Below, piece by piece: positions 14,086 to 27,290 of a DNA stretch of 64,000 nucleotides. Made by a program: the position numbers and the translations under genes. Numbering within the stretch: the stretch's first letter is position 1; the number at the start of each line of letters is the position of its first letter. This DNA is from Octopus sinensis (taxonomy: Eukaryota). The DNA lies in the NCBI RefSeq assembly GCF_006345805.1, contig NC_042999.1, positions 4,526,001-4,590,000 on the forward strand. Reading direction: 5' to 3'. The notes beneath the pieces were generated by a model that worked only from the letters and a program-made list of their open reading frames with translations, did not search any database and had not been told where the DNA came from.

Positions 14086-15059
14086 TATATTCTCAAGGGA
14101 AGTTTCGTACAACGACATGGCAATCATGAGATAAGAAATGATTTGGCAGCCAAAAAAAAGGCGATACCGCTTCGCACGTGGATGATGATGCGAGGAACTG
14201 TATAGCATGGCCCTCGGATGTGAGCTGTGTAACTTGAAGTTACGAACATTCGATATATTTTGAAACACAACTGTGTGTGTGTGTGTCTATAAACGTATAT
14301 GTGTATATATGTTTATATATTTATGTGTGTATGAACGTACATTTGTGTGAATTACAAAAAACTAGCATATTTTTGCTTTTATTTTTTTACTCTCCTTTTC
14401 TGTTTCTTTCTGTTATTTTCCCTTTTTCTTTTTTTGTTTGTCTCCAGTCATACATATGTGGCAATTTGGTGTTCTTATGTACCAACACAATACTTGAAAA
14501 GTCTAAAACAAGCATATATTTGTGTGTGTGTGTGTATTGGCTCTACTTGGTGATAATCGCCTCTCTTCTACTTGATCCAACACTCGTGCTTATGTTGTAT
14601 GGTGAGGAGAATATAGTCTCTTTTATTTTTCCTTTTGTCTTTTTTACTTGCTTCGATCATTTGACTGCAGCCATGCTGGAGCACCGCCTTAAAGGATGTT
14701 ACTCGAAAAAATCGACCATCCCAGGACTTATACTTTGTAAACCTAATACTTATTCAATCGGTCTCTTTTGCTGAACTGCTAAGTTTAGGGGACATAAACA
14801 CCAGCGTCGGTTGTCAAGCGATGGCGCGAGGATAGACGCACATCCAGTACATACATATCGTTACTATTGTGTCAAACTGTCGTATGTCCAAATTTGGCCA
14901 ACTGCCGCAGTCAAATGATTAAAACAAGTAGAGGAGAGAGTAAGGCCAGTTTCCCGTCCGTAAAGGGTTTAACTTTATGGCGTATCGTCAGATCTCAAAA
15001 CTTGTTGGCCCAAGGCCTCTTAAGTCCCTTTATGGACGGGAAGCCTAAGGGAATCCCAT

Positions 15060-15560
15060 AAACAGTCCTTCCTCATTTTTAATAAGTGTTCGCGAGGGAC
15101 TTAGATGTATCTCGACATACTTCGCAAGAAATAGCCGCGATGGAGTTTGATTGTATCACAGTACGATTTCGTTGTTAATCATGTTCCGGGCAAAAATATT
15201 CCACGCGTCGATGCCATAATGAGACGAACGATTGTAATATAATTTTCTGTGCTTCGCATTTAGATAAATGCAACAGTGCGTGGCAGGACACTGATCCTGT
15301 TATGATGGAAGGTGTAAGAATCTTACAAACGTTAGAATTCAGCCTTGCTGTGTTGAACTAGGTGGATACCAGTATACCATCGTGCTTCATTTGTGAATAA
15401 GAGAATAAAGAATCGTATATATTTTTAAAGTTGCGTTTTGTTACCGACTGGTAGTTTCTAGAAACAAAAAGAAAGGAAATTGTGTTGCACCCCAAAAGGG
15501 TAAAGAAGCAACCAGTTCCCATTACAAAGGCATCCGAAAACAACCAAATGCATGCATGTA
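15060..15560 (+). mobile_element. Second Gypsy pol fragment (RNase H to integrase junction) of the same family
   Basis: Direct nucleotide similarity to 12260-12545. Confidence 0.8.
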
Positions 15561-15579
15561 TATATAGGCCAACATGTCT

Positions 15580-15639
15580 TAGGGTCTGATGATACGCCTT
15601 AAAGATATTCTTTATGGCGAGAAACGCAGAGTAACCATA
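15580..15639 (+). ncRNA. Hammerhead-like motif (degenerate type I)
   Basis: Sequence parses as tagggt-CTGATGA-long stem II (cgcc/ggcg, taaaga/tcttta)-GAAAC-gcaga-GTA-accata. Stem I pairs at 5 of 6 positions. Confidence 0.45.
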
Positions 15640-16968
15640 TAAACAGGCCTTCACCAGTAATAACTGTATCTATATATACGCATATATACGATGGGCTTCT
15701 TTCAGTTTCCGTCTACCAAATCTACTCACAAGGCCTAAGGCTATAGTAGAAGACACTTGCCCAAGTTGCTACGCAATGGGACTGAACTCACAACCATGTT
15801 GATTGGAGGCAAGCTTCTTAGCGCGCAGCCACGCCTGCACCTATGGGTACAGATGTCACAAAACATCTCTACTTCTTGATTGGTTTTTGGTTGACTAAAA
15901 GAGGGAAGAACTATCACTGTGTATAAACATGAGCAATGATGAAACTCCTATGATCAAAGTTCACCCAATAATCCTGTATATTCATATATATTTCAATTGA
16001 TTGAATAAACTCAGAAGATTTAGGGAAAATTTAGTAACTTCAGCGCTAAAGTTCTCACATTTCCATTTACTTAGGAATAAATTTAATTCCTTAAATTTCT
16101 AATCTCGTATTTTGCAGCAACTTTTGTTTTAAATAAAAGTTTTAAATTGACTTTCATATATTTTACATTGATTTGGTGTAAATAAGTTTATATTATTTAA
16201 AGTTCATATAATTACAGTTCATTTGTTTTAATTTCAAATTCAATTGTTTTAAAGTGCAATTCATATACTTTAACTGCAAATTCAGTCGTTTCAATTCGAA
16301 GTTCAGTTGTTTTAATTTCGGAGTGAAAAAATTAAGATTGTTGTAAACGGTTCTGTGCTAAAATTTTTGCTAGTATTTAATTTGGTTTCTTCAAAATTTG
16401 TTGGAATAGTTGACTATTTCATCACTTTATAAAGGGCTCTTGTGCTTGATTATTTATGTCACCTGGTTCATTAAAGATTTATTTCCAAACTAAAAGAAAA
16501 ACAGCGTTTAAAAGTATTTACAAGGAAAAAAATAAAATATAGGAAAACGTATGTTGAAATAGTATTTTATTTCATGTGATAAGAAAACTAGAAATCTAAC
16601 ATTAGAATCTTCTTGTCGTGGAACACATGGTTATTATATTGCGTAAACTTTACTGAATTGATTTTGCTGGAACAAACCAAATATTCCTAGTTTTCTGAGA
16701 ATTAAATTATTTACTTTATAAAAAATACAAATGTGAACAACTCGTCTCAACTTTTGAGAGTAGCCTCCCTTGCCTAAAGAAACTGACTTTTTCTCTTTTA
16801 TGAAGTTTCACGGGAAACGTAGACAAGTTTCGAAATCCTTTATTCTGTACGACAGGAATTATGTTAAATAAACATATTAGACAAGGCAGCTGTTGTATAT
16901 TGAATAGCCAAAGAGAGAAGTTAGCAATACATTGCAGATATACAATCTCTACCTTTCTTATTATCATA

Positions 16969-17845
16969 TCTATATATATAAAACTGTAGTTGTGTGAGTG
17001 TCTGTCCCCTTCGATTTAGATTCCTAACTCCTCCCACATTTTGCGGTGCAGTTTAACCAAATTCGGGTATCTTATAGTCGTGATTCATATCGAGCCTGTC
17101 TGACTATTAGCGCGCGTCAACGATGAGTCTACGATTTAAAAAAAATTTACCATCATTTTTTTCCATTTTAATGCATAAAATGCATCGTATGTCGATGGCG
17201 GCGGAGTTGGCGTCCACGCTCACAACTGCACCTGTTTGCTTCTCCCCCTTCCCTCCCTCGTGAAGCTGTGGGGAAGGGAGTGTAAGGAAATCAACGTCGT
17301 AATGCGTTGTGAAGGAAACCAGCGTTCTTTTAGAACAACGACTTCATGGCTTGAAGACACCAAAACAGAAATGGCTAAGAAAGCCCGAATTTATAAGGGA
17401 AGTAACTCTCTAAAAATGCTTATATAGTTATTTCCCTTACAAATCCGAGCAACGCCGGGCGATACTGCTAGTCTTTATATATAAAAGTAAGGTTGTGTGT
17501 CTGTCTCCTACGATTTAGATTCCTAACTACTCCCACATTTTGCGGTGCAGTTTAACCAAATTCGGGTATCTTATAGTCGTGATTCATATCGAGCCCTTCT
17601 GGGTATTAGCGTGAGTCTACGATTTAAAAAAAATTTACCATCATTTTTTTCCATTTTAATGCATTATATAAGGGAAGTAACTCTCTAATAATGTCTACGC
17701 TGCGTCAACGATTTAAAAAAAATTTACCATATTTTTTTTTGTATTTTTAATGCATTGTTTTGCTATTTTTTGGCTATAACTCTCTAAAAATGCTTATATA
17801 GTTATTTCCCTTACAAACCCGAGCGACGCCGGGCGATACTGCTAG
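16969..17845 (+). mobile_element. Head-to-tail dimer of a non-autonomous Helitron (16969-17471 and 17472-17845)
   Basis: Each unit starts TC(T/A)TATATATAAAA and ends with a GC-rich hairpin (ccgagc..gccggg) plus CTAG. The host site is A|T with no TSD. Confidence 0.85.
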
Positions 17846-18518
17846 TTTACTTATAAAACATTTCCTTTCCTGCCACTAAAACGTTCTCAGCATAGACATC
17901 ACTGAAATAATGTTAAAAGAAACTAGAAACTTCAGAGTGACGGCAAAAGCTTGTCCTCGCAATATCTGGAGTACAAGTGCGTCACTATTTGTAGAGAAAA
18001 TGGAACTATTAAATTTTAAGAAAACTGAATATTCTGTTTCCCTGGTTTCAGTCTGGAGATTAAGGATAAACTCAAAGGATTTTTATTTCATTGTGCTACT
18101 GGTTTCATTGACTGAACAAGATTTAAGTAAAATATATCGAAACCAGAATCGTGTTAGCGATTATTTAATAACGATGTTTTAAAGGGAGATAACTCGTATT
18201 TCAAGTATAAGGGAGATAATCGTTTGAGCTGTTCTCAACCATGTTTTTGTCTGTGGGTTCTTTTGATTGCTATTTTACTCCGATGGATTCCTCATAAGCA
18301 ATTCGATGTTTAAATAAATAAAACTAATTTTCTATACTTATTTATTATAAGGAATTGTTAACATATGTTGTGTCTTGTAGAAGTATAATCAATTTATTGT
18401 AAAAATTTTAACGATTGAGAAACTTTGGTTCAGAGCAGCGGTTCCTAACCATTTCATTACCAAGGAACCCTTTTATTAAATGAGTTTTCCCACGGACCCT
18501 AGGATATGTTCATCCTTA

Positions 18519-18571
<53 letters not shown>

Positions 18572-18599
18572 TTAATCACAAAATGGTTAGGTTCAAGTT

Positions 18600-20535
18600 C
18601 AGGGTCCATAACAAGATTCGTCATACAGGTGTACGAATAGCAAAGAAAACTTATGCAAAGCAGTTAAAACAACCACGAGTTTTGCAGTTGTTTCAGAAGA
18701 GATGCAGCAATGTTTATTTAGAAGGTTCATGGCAATCTTTCCATGATGGAATATATAAAATAGGTTTTAAAAGAAGACAACAGTGAGATTGGTTTGATTC
18801 CAATGATACTGTGATAAATGAGCTTTTAGCAACAAAGAGATCCACTCATGAAAAGCTTCTTGACCCAAACGTTAAGAACAAAGTGCAACTAGAAAAGTTG
18901 TACAAGTCTCAGAAAACAGACTTGCAAAAAGAACTCAGGAGGCTTAAAGACACTTAGTGGAGAAATTTGTCTGAGGAAGAACAGGCAGCCTATGACAGGA
19001 AAGACATTAAAAGTTTCTATAGTTTATTGTGGCAAGCTTTTGGATCGCAATCTTCGTCATATGTTCCCTTGAAGTTGAAAGAAGGAAATGAGGTTATTAA
19101 AGATCCTCCTTGAATAATGAATATATGGAGAGAATACTTTGCAGATCTTTTCCACAATCCGTCTGTAGTGAACATGGACGTCATAAACAACGTTCCTCAA
19201 AGAGAGAGAATGCAACACATGGATGATACATCTTCCATAGAAGAAGTAAATCTGGCATTATGCAAACTAAAATCAGGTAAAACTCCTGGATTGGGTGTTA
19301 TTCCAGTTGAAAGTCTGAAAGCAGGTGGGGATCATATTTCATCTGAAATTCATAACCTGATAACTCGAGTTTAGAATGAATCTTCTGTGCCACAGGAATG
19401 GATAAATAGCATTCCAATCTCTCTAATTAAGGGTAAGGGCCCAAAAGCAGTGTGGTAATTCTAGAGGAATAACTTTTCTGGCACATACCAGGAAGATACT
19501 TTCAAGGAGCATGTTAGATTGTCTTGTTGAGAATGTCTGTCCACATGTAATTCCTGAAGAACAATGTGGTCTCAGACCTGAGCGAGAAACAATGGACATG
19601 ATACTTTCTGTGAGGCAAGTTCAAGAGAAATGCTTAGAGGAAAAAATGCCATTATATCAGGTCTTCATAGATTTAACTAAGGCATTTGACACGGTAAACA
19701 GGAAGGCTCTGTAGATTGTTTTGTGTAAAACTTGGTTGTCCAACACATTTTGTGAGCATTTTTAAGGAATTACACAGAAACATGAAAGCTCAGGTAGTCT
19801 TTAATGGTGAGCTACCTCATGAATTTTCAGTGGACAACAGTGTCAATCAGGGAGATATTCCTGCCCCTACACTTTTCTCTATTTTGATGCATTACTTTGG
19901 TATGCTTTCAAGGATTGCAATGGGGAAATCGGAATCAGATTTCAGACATCTGGTTGTATTTTTAATTTGACCCGGTTTTATGTTGATGATGATGCTGATT
20001 TTGTTGGCACACTCAGAGGGGGACATGCAACATTTAATGGACTGATTTTCCACTGTATGTGTACATTTCGGATCGACATTTAACTTAGGGAAAGCAAAAG
20101 TAATGTTTACTCCCATACCAGAACAAACATTTTGTGAATGGAACAGGGTTAGATGTCGTTAACACCTTTGTTTACCTAGGAAGCACACTGTCAAGAGATA
20201 GTAGTCATGATGCAGAGATATACTATTGAATAGAGAAGTGTTGCCTTTGGAAAGCTTGAAAAGCGAGTGTGGGCGGATAGGGGTATTTCCTTGCAGACAA
20301 AAATCAGTGTCTATTAAGCATGTGTATTGTCTGCACTTCTTTATTCAAGTGAGACATGGATCCCTTACAAGCGTCGCATAAAAATGCTGGAGAGATTTCA
20401 TCAAAAGTGCCTCAGACTTATCTTAGGAGTCAAGTGGGAATGTTTCATACCAGATACAGAGGTTTTGCGTATGGCACATTCCAGCTCAATTGAACATGTT
20501 ATCTTGGCTCAAATGAGATGAACTGGACATGTTAA
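18600..20535 (+). mobile_element. Decayed RTE-clade (BovB-like) LINE ORF2
   Basis: KLKSGKTPG, EEQCGLRPERETMDMILSVRQVQEK, FIDLTKAFDTVNR, FVYLGSTLS, LLYSSETW, ERFHQKCLRLILGVKW. Multiple stop codons. Confidence 0.9.
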
Positions 20536-20999
20536 ATCAGACATAGTGTGTGCAAGGGAGAAGACTGCACTGACATGATCATATGATATATATGAATGAG
20601 GACAACTGCATAAAGAAATGCCAATTGATCTCTCTCTCTGACTGGGTGTCTTCTCTACAGTAAGACACCTATTTCTGTCTCTCTGTTACCTTTCATCATC
20701 TAGCAAAAGATCACTTCCTTCAATTCTTCATCCTGTCTCAAAGGATCTTTGCCTTGCAAGTTATTTGGTGATCCTACCAGTGCAGGTGCCACGTAAAAAG
20801 CATCCAGTCCACATTGTAAAGTGGTTGGCATTTGGAAGGGCATCTGGCCATAAAAATCATGCCAAAGCATGGTGCAGTCTCCTGCCTAACCAGCTCCTGT
20901 TAAACCATCCAACCCATACCAGCATGGAAAGCAGACGTTAAATGATGGTTGATTTGAAATGTTTAAGAGGCTAGTTTGGAGTTTCAGTTCAGCATTTGG

Positions 21000-23750
21000 T
21001 TCTTGGATGTGAGAATGCAGTAGGTTCATTGGTACAAAGTTGGCAGAGTTTACTGTTACTTGGTATTGTTGTGCATGACAATATTTTCCAGTTACTGCTA
21101 AAGAAAGTAATTTTTATTTAAACGTCCATATATGTTTGGATAATGATGTATTGTTCTTTCTGTTTGTGTTGGTTATTGTTGTGTATTGAACTGGTTTGCT
21201 GTAGATCTTATAACTGTCGATATAGTAGTTGGTGTCGTGTTCATGTTTACCATTGCACCATAGACAATACTGCTTGAGGCAGTTTCCTTCTATAGGGCAG
21301 GATATAAATATTCTAAAATTACAATTGCTATTATGTGTGATTTAGGTGTTCACTTTCAGACAATTTTTGGTGGTTGTAATTGGCTGCAGTTCTTTCAAAG
21401 TTGTTGGTTATGGAAAACGACAATTTTATGTTATTTGTTTATTAGTTTGTTGTACTTGGGATGGAATTTTTTTGCAGTATTTTGAAAAATAATTCAGCTA
21501 TTGATGTGGAGACTTGTATGTTGAAGGGGAGATTAAATCAGATAATTATAGTTTTTCTATTTTTACATTTTTAAAAAAAATTAATACAGGAGGTTTGTTT
21601 ACACTTTTTCCTGGTGACTGCTGTTATTGAGAGCTCCATTATATAGAGTTGCTATTTCATTTAGCATTCTTTCATTTGAAGATAAAGAAGAAAATCTTAG
21701 AGATATATTCCTTACTCGGTTTTTTTAATGTTTTTAGGGTGATTGTATTGTCTATGTATATTCTTTTACTTGTTTCAGTCATGCTGGAGCACCGCCTTTA
21801 GTCAAGCAAATTAACCCCAGGACTTATTCTTTGTAAGCCTAGTACTTATTCTATCGGTCTCTTTTGCCGAACTGCTAAGTTACGGCGACGTAAACACCAG
21901 TATCGGTTGTCAAACGATGTTGGGGGAACACACACACAAACATATACACGACAGGCTTCTTTCAGTTTCCATCTACCAAATCCATTCACAAGGCTTTGGT
22001 CGACCCGAGTCTATAGTAGAAGACACTTGCCCAAGGTGCCATGCAGTGGGACTGAACCCGGAACCATGTGGTTGGTAAACAAACTACTTACCACACAGCC
22101 ACTCCTACGCCTATATACTGAATTTTTTTGTCTATCTTTCTTGCAGGGTTTATATTAAGTCAAGAGTAGCATCCAGGAAGTTGGTTGAATTTAGTTCGGC
22201 TTCTCTACTACAGTAGAAGCCCAAGTTTTTACAAAAGTAATGCAGGTCTTTCCTAAATTTATGTTTCTTATGTGTTAAAATTTCTTTGTAGATGTAAACC
22301 ATCCTACCTTTATAGGCCACCTGTGATGAACGGGAATTCGTTCATCTCGGATGGTAAGTTTACTAATATGTAAAGGCTGATAATGTTACTTTCCTCTGCC
22401 TAGACTTTTGACCCCATGCACACATCAAATGGTTTCTTTAGTGTTTTTCTTAATCCAGAAAGCATTTGTTGTGGAAGAGGAGCAATTTCCTCGCTTGTAA
22501 TGTTCTCTCTATTTCAGTGTTGTTTGTTGTGGTTATTGTTTTTGTGTAAATCAAAGCAGCCATAAGAATAGGTTTTGTTATTGATGTGTAATAAACCAGT
22601 CAAACTGGAAGAAGTGGCATTCATTTTTGTGTTGAATCTTGTTAAACTTTGTATGTGTTACTTCAAAGAGGAACTGACAAGTTTGCTTGTATTTTTGGTG
22701 ATGTGTTGAGCGATACAATATGCTTGAGAAGACCTGTTGGGTCAAGTAAAAGCAGAATCATAGCTGTGGCCAGTGCCCCCTAACTGGCTCCTGTGCCAGT
22801 GGTACATAAAATGCATCATCCAAACGTGGTCGATGCCAGTGCCCCCTGACTGGCCCCCATGCTGGTGGCACGTAAAAAACACTATCTGAACACAATCGAT
22901 GCTAGGCCCACCTGACTGGTTCCTACGGTAGCAGCACATAAAAAGCACCCACTACACTCTCAGAATGGTTGACATTAGGAAGGGCATCCAGCTGTAGAAA
23001 GATTGTCAGATCAGATTGGAGCCTAGTGCAGCCGCTGGCTCTCCAGATCTCAGTCAAACCGTCCAACCCATGCAAGCATGGAAAGCGGACGTTAAACAAT
23101 GATGAAGATGATGATGGTGATGAATTTGTCTTTTTTCTTTTTACTAATGATGCCTATGTCCAATTGCTATTGAAGTTGGGCTTGTGGTCTTCCATAGTTA
23201 TTTACAGACATTTTAGTGTTAGTGTGTTTGCTGTCTTCTATTTTAAGTTTAGTGGCTATTTCTTTGGCTGTGGTGTTTCTATCATTTAAAACTGCATTTG
23301 TGTGTGTTGGAGATTGTTTTAGAAAAAAAGCAGTTACAAGAAGTTTGACTTTTCTGTGAGAAGCTGTTTGTCTTGTCTGAATATATCTGGGCTTGTTTTT
23401 ATGTGGTTAATTTTCTGTTTCAGCTATTTCTGCAGTTTGTTGATTCGTTTGTTTGATTTTATTCCTTTAATCATTGTGAATCAGTCATCTTCAAAGGGTT
23501 GTGGCAATAGTGTGGGAGATGGACATTCGACCATCTTAAATCTATAATTGTTGGTAGACTGTTCTGTCTTTCGATAAAACTTTGTTTTTTTTTATTGGTG
23601 GGGTTGCAGTAGTATTTTCAGGTAATGTCTTTTGGTTGGTATCAGTGTTTTTTCAGAGAAGTGTATTGGGTGTTGCTGTATGTTTTCCTATTTTTCAGTT
23701 AATGTAACAAAAGCAACCATGTTGAAACAGAGCTATCATATTAATGCTTA
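21000..23750 (-). mobile_element. Decayed Penelope-like element (RT and GIY-YIG remnants), interrupted by SINE and LINE-tail copies
   Basis: Minus-strand remnants CPIEGNCL, NTSLSKHIW, CQLCTNE and FDVCMGS are similar to the PLE at 28200-30175. Confidence 0.65.
21765..22112 (-). mobile_element. tRNA-derived SINE (dominant local family)
   Basis: Head aggagtggctgtgtggtaag...gggttcagtcccactgc and tail caagtaaaag. Partial copies at 14640-14830, 15680-15843, 30890-31070, 35650-35800 and 56250-56890. Confidence 0.85.
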
Positions 23751-23776
23751 ATTTTATGTTCAATTATAAAAAAACC

Positions 23777-24248
23777 TAATGTGACAGTCCCAGGAAAGGG
23801 AAGAATGCTACTGCTATTTAGCCCAAGGAAACACTGTTTCCAGTTGGCTTCGTGACACAAGTGTTCTGTGTCCTTAAGTTTTCAAACAGGGGAGATAAGC
23901 ACCTCCACCCAGCAAAGCCAGCATTCAGAGACTAGTTTCAGAGTTATTGCACTTCATCAGTTTAAAGTAGCTTGGCGTGTTAGCTGTTAATGTTTAATTG
24001 CTGTTTGAAAACTTGCAGAATTTCAAGTGAAATAAATTCACTAAGCATCGACAGCTAGCAGGCCAAGCTACTCCAGACTGATGAAGAGCAATAACTCTGA
24101 AACTAGTCTCTGGTTGCTGGTTTTGCTTCTCTCCCTTGTTTGAAAACTTAAGGACAAAGAACGCTTGTGTCACGAAACCAACTGGAAACGATGTTTCCTT
24201 GGGCTAAATAACAGTAGCATTCTTCCCTTTCATGGGACTGTCACATTA
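23777..24248. repeat. Long inverted repeat (arms about 210-220 bp, spacer about 45 bp), probable Penelope pseudo-LTR pair
   Basis: 23777-23997 is the reverse complement of 24042-24248 with scattered substitutions. Each arm carries a hammerhead core. Confidence 0.85.
24073..24113 (+). ncRNA. Minimal type-I hammerhead ribozyme (Penelope-associated)
   Basis: Sequence parses as ccaga-CTGATGA-agag(caataa)ctct-GAAA-ctag-TC-tctgg. Stems I and II are perfect, stem III is the palindrome ACTAGT, and the cleavage triplet is GUC. Confidence 0.8.
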
Positions 24249-26034
24249 AGTTGGCAACAAACCATCACTTTATTGTACTGCTACTTTATAAGTCTCTCTG
24301 AGAGATTTAGAAATGCAATATTTCTAATTATAATAAAACCAATTTTATGTTAATCTGAAGGATTACTCTGTATACACACACATGTACACAAAGACACATG
24401 CACAATTTGGTGTGTGAATGTGTGTATATGAAGGTATATGTATGATATGAACCTGAAAATATTCCTGTGTGTGTGTGTGTGTGTGTGTGTTAGTGTTGTC
24501 ATTAATAAACTTGGAATGACATTTCTGTCCTTTGAAATCAACCATATGTGAACTTCCAAAAATTCAGGCCATTTTCTTTACTAAACACTCAAATATCTCT
24601 ACTGAAGCAAAATCCAGGTTTTCAAACCTTATCTCTCTTCTTCTCTCTCTACTTTTCATTATATTCATTTATTTAATGTATTTCTCTATCTTGTTCTCTT
24701 TTTTTCTTCTTTTCACCTTATAGTTTTCTCATTGGATGATCAACCAAATTTTTTGAAAGCAAATGTTTATGGTAAACTTACCTTTCATATTACACCGTTT
24801 ATTTATTTTAATTTTATTGTATTCTTCTTTTGAATTTGGTTTGTCTTTAATACAATCCCTATATGGTAATCTTCAGTTACGTTTATTGTCTGTGAGTGTA
24901 TAAGGACAATATTTGTAGCAGAGTTGATGTTTTAACCTGCCATGAACTTTTCTGAAGAGTAGTCTTTGACATTATGTTGTGTTTGAGAAGAAGACCCATC
25001 AAACTGAGCAAAATCGCAGTCGTGGCAGATACCAGTGTCACACAAATGGCACTCATGCAAATGGCACTCATGCCAGTGGCACATAAAAGCATTCATTACA
25101 CTCTTGGTTGGCATTAGGAAAAGCATCCAGTGGTAGAAAAGCATGCCAAATCAGACTGGAGTGTAGTCCTCCGGTGTACCAGCCCTTGTTAAACCATTCA
25201 ACCCATGCCAGCATGGACAACAGACGTTAAATGATGATGATGGGTGTGTGTATGTGTGTACAGATGATGTAGTGTTGATTATATAACTAAAATAGATTAC
25301 AAAAGCACTCTTAACTAATGGAATTAACATCTGTTCTCTCACTTCACTCACCTTCCCATTGCACTCTTGGAGTGGTTGGCATTAGAAAGCCGTGAAAACA
25401 TGCCAAATCAGACTGGAGCCTAGTGCAGCCTTCCAGTTTGCCAACTCTGGTCAAACAGTCCGACCCATGCCAGCATGGACAATGGACATTAAATGATGAT
25501 TCTCTACCATTGTGATTCCTGGATTTTCAGAGCAGTGAGATTAAATCCTAGCTTCCCAGACCCCAGTTGAACTGTCCAACCCATGCCAGCATGGAAAATG
25601 GACGTTAAACAATGATGAAAGCATCTGTGAGTATCTTATGCATTTTGTTGTCCAATGGTTCATTTGTGTCATATGAGTTATTTAAAAGAATTGTTCTCGA
25701 CATAGTTGGTATTTCTATCCTGATAAGTGATCAAAACTAAATTCTTATACCAGAACTAATATCACGGTACACCTGCAAAACAAGTATGCTAAATAATATT
25801 GAAACTAAGACAGCTACATACGATCAATTTTGTATACAAACCAAAAATAGTGTACTGTACTATCATGTAAATTTTCTTCAAAATCCCTCGGTTATTTAGA
25901 AAATCTAAAAAATCATCATGGACTATTATCTTAGTTCACAGTGTATACAAGTATATATATAAATATATTTATACACACATTTGTACATATAGGTATGTAC
26001 ATTCATATGTACATATACATGTATATACACATTC

Positions 26035-26422
26035 TTTTATTTGTTTCAGTCATTTGACTGCGGCTTATGCTGGAGCACTGCCTTTAGTCAAGCAAATCGA
26101 CCCCAGGACTTATTCTTTGTAAGCCTAGTACTTATTCCATCGGTGTCTTTTACTGAACCACTAAGTTACAGGGACATAAACACACCAACATCAGTTAAGT
26201 GATGGTGGAGGGACAAACACAAACATTTACACACACACACATATATATATATATATACAACGGGCTTCTTTCAGTTTCCCTCTACCGAATCCACTCTCAA
26301 GGCTTTGGTCGGCCCCGAGGCTATAGCAGAAGACACTTGCCTAAGGTGCTACGCAGTGGGACTGAACCCAGAACCATGTGGTTGGTAAGTAAGCTACTTA
26401 CCATACAGCCACTCCTGCACCT
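26035..26422 (-). mobile_element. tRNA-derived SINE (same family)
   Basis: Near-identical to 21765-22112. Confidence 0.85.
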
Positions 26423-27290
26423 ATATGTACAAATTAAAAAGATGTTGCTAAGGTTTTTGTCCAATGCACAAACAATTCTGCCAATAATGATAATAATGGA
26501 AAAGTGTGAAGTGCTATTCTGATAGTGTTTAGTGTAATAAATTTGAAATAATGGGGATTTGCAGTAGTTATTGAATATGTTGAGAGAATTGTTCAGTTAC
26601 CAACCTGGCTGAAACTGGCTCTGTAGTACAAATGTCTTGTTTTCATAAGTTTTGAATTAAAATCTTCCACCCAACCATAGTCACAATTTATGTTCCTAAC
26701 ACTAGCTTAATGATAACTGAGTTATTTTACTAAATTCTTTGTTATATTTAAAATAATTGAAAGACACACAGAGCATCTCAAAATACAGTAACGAAAGGGT
26801 TAATTAATATACTTCTATTATCCTTCATCATCATTTAACATCTGTCTTCCATGCTGGCATGGGTTGAACAGTTCGAAAGGAGCTGGCAAGTCAGAGAGCT
26901 GCACCAGTCTCCAATTATCTGTTTTGGCATGTTTTCTACAGCTGGATGCCCTTCCTAACACTAAACACTTTACAGAGTGCACTGGGTGCTATTTTGTGTG
27001 GCACCAACACCAGCAGGGTCACCAAGTGACTGGCAGGACAAAGACCTCTCAACTGGGAGAGGGAATGGAACTACAGGAAGTGACTAGAGTACAACAGAGG
27101 GATAAAGATAGATGCCTTATACAAAGGAGATACTTGGCTACTCCTGTAGGAGAGGACAGAGAGAAATAGATAAGGGTGGAGATGCATCAGGACCTACCAA
27201 CATGTAGCAGTGGGGTGGGGATTGAAAATAACAGAAAATTGTTCTTTAAGAAAATGTGTAAAAGATCACATCACAGCACTTTTTTTTTAA

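Larger units (their letters stand above)
9103..14271 (+). mobile_element. Decayed Ty3/Gypsy LTR retrotransposon with both LTRs (9103-9576, 13688-14271)
   Basis: LTRs share the start TGTGATA and the end ACAAC. PBS TGGCGA-GAGGATG at 9579 resembles the tRNA-Ser(GCT) 3' end. PPT gaggaggaa lies at 13676. Coding remnants include a gag Zn knuckle (GKLGHFARFC), protease (VDTGA), RT (SPVVWLRK..LRMCVDYK, FSSLDLKHAY), RNase H and integrase (VHMDWA, VSDNGPEF). There are many stops and frameshifts. Confidence 0.92.
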
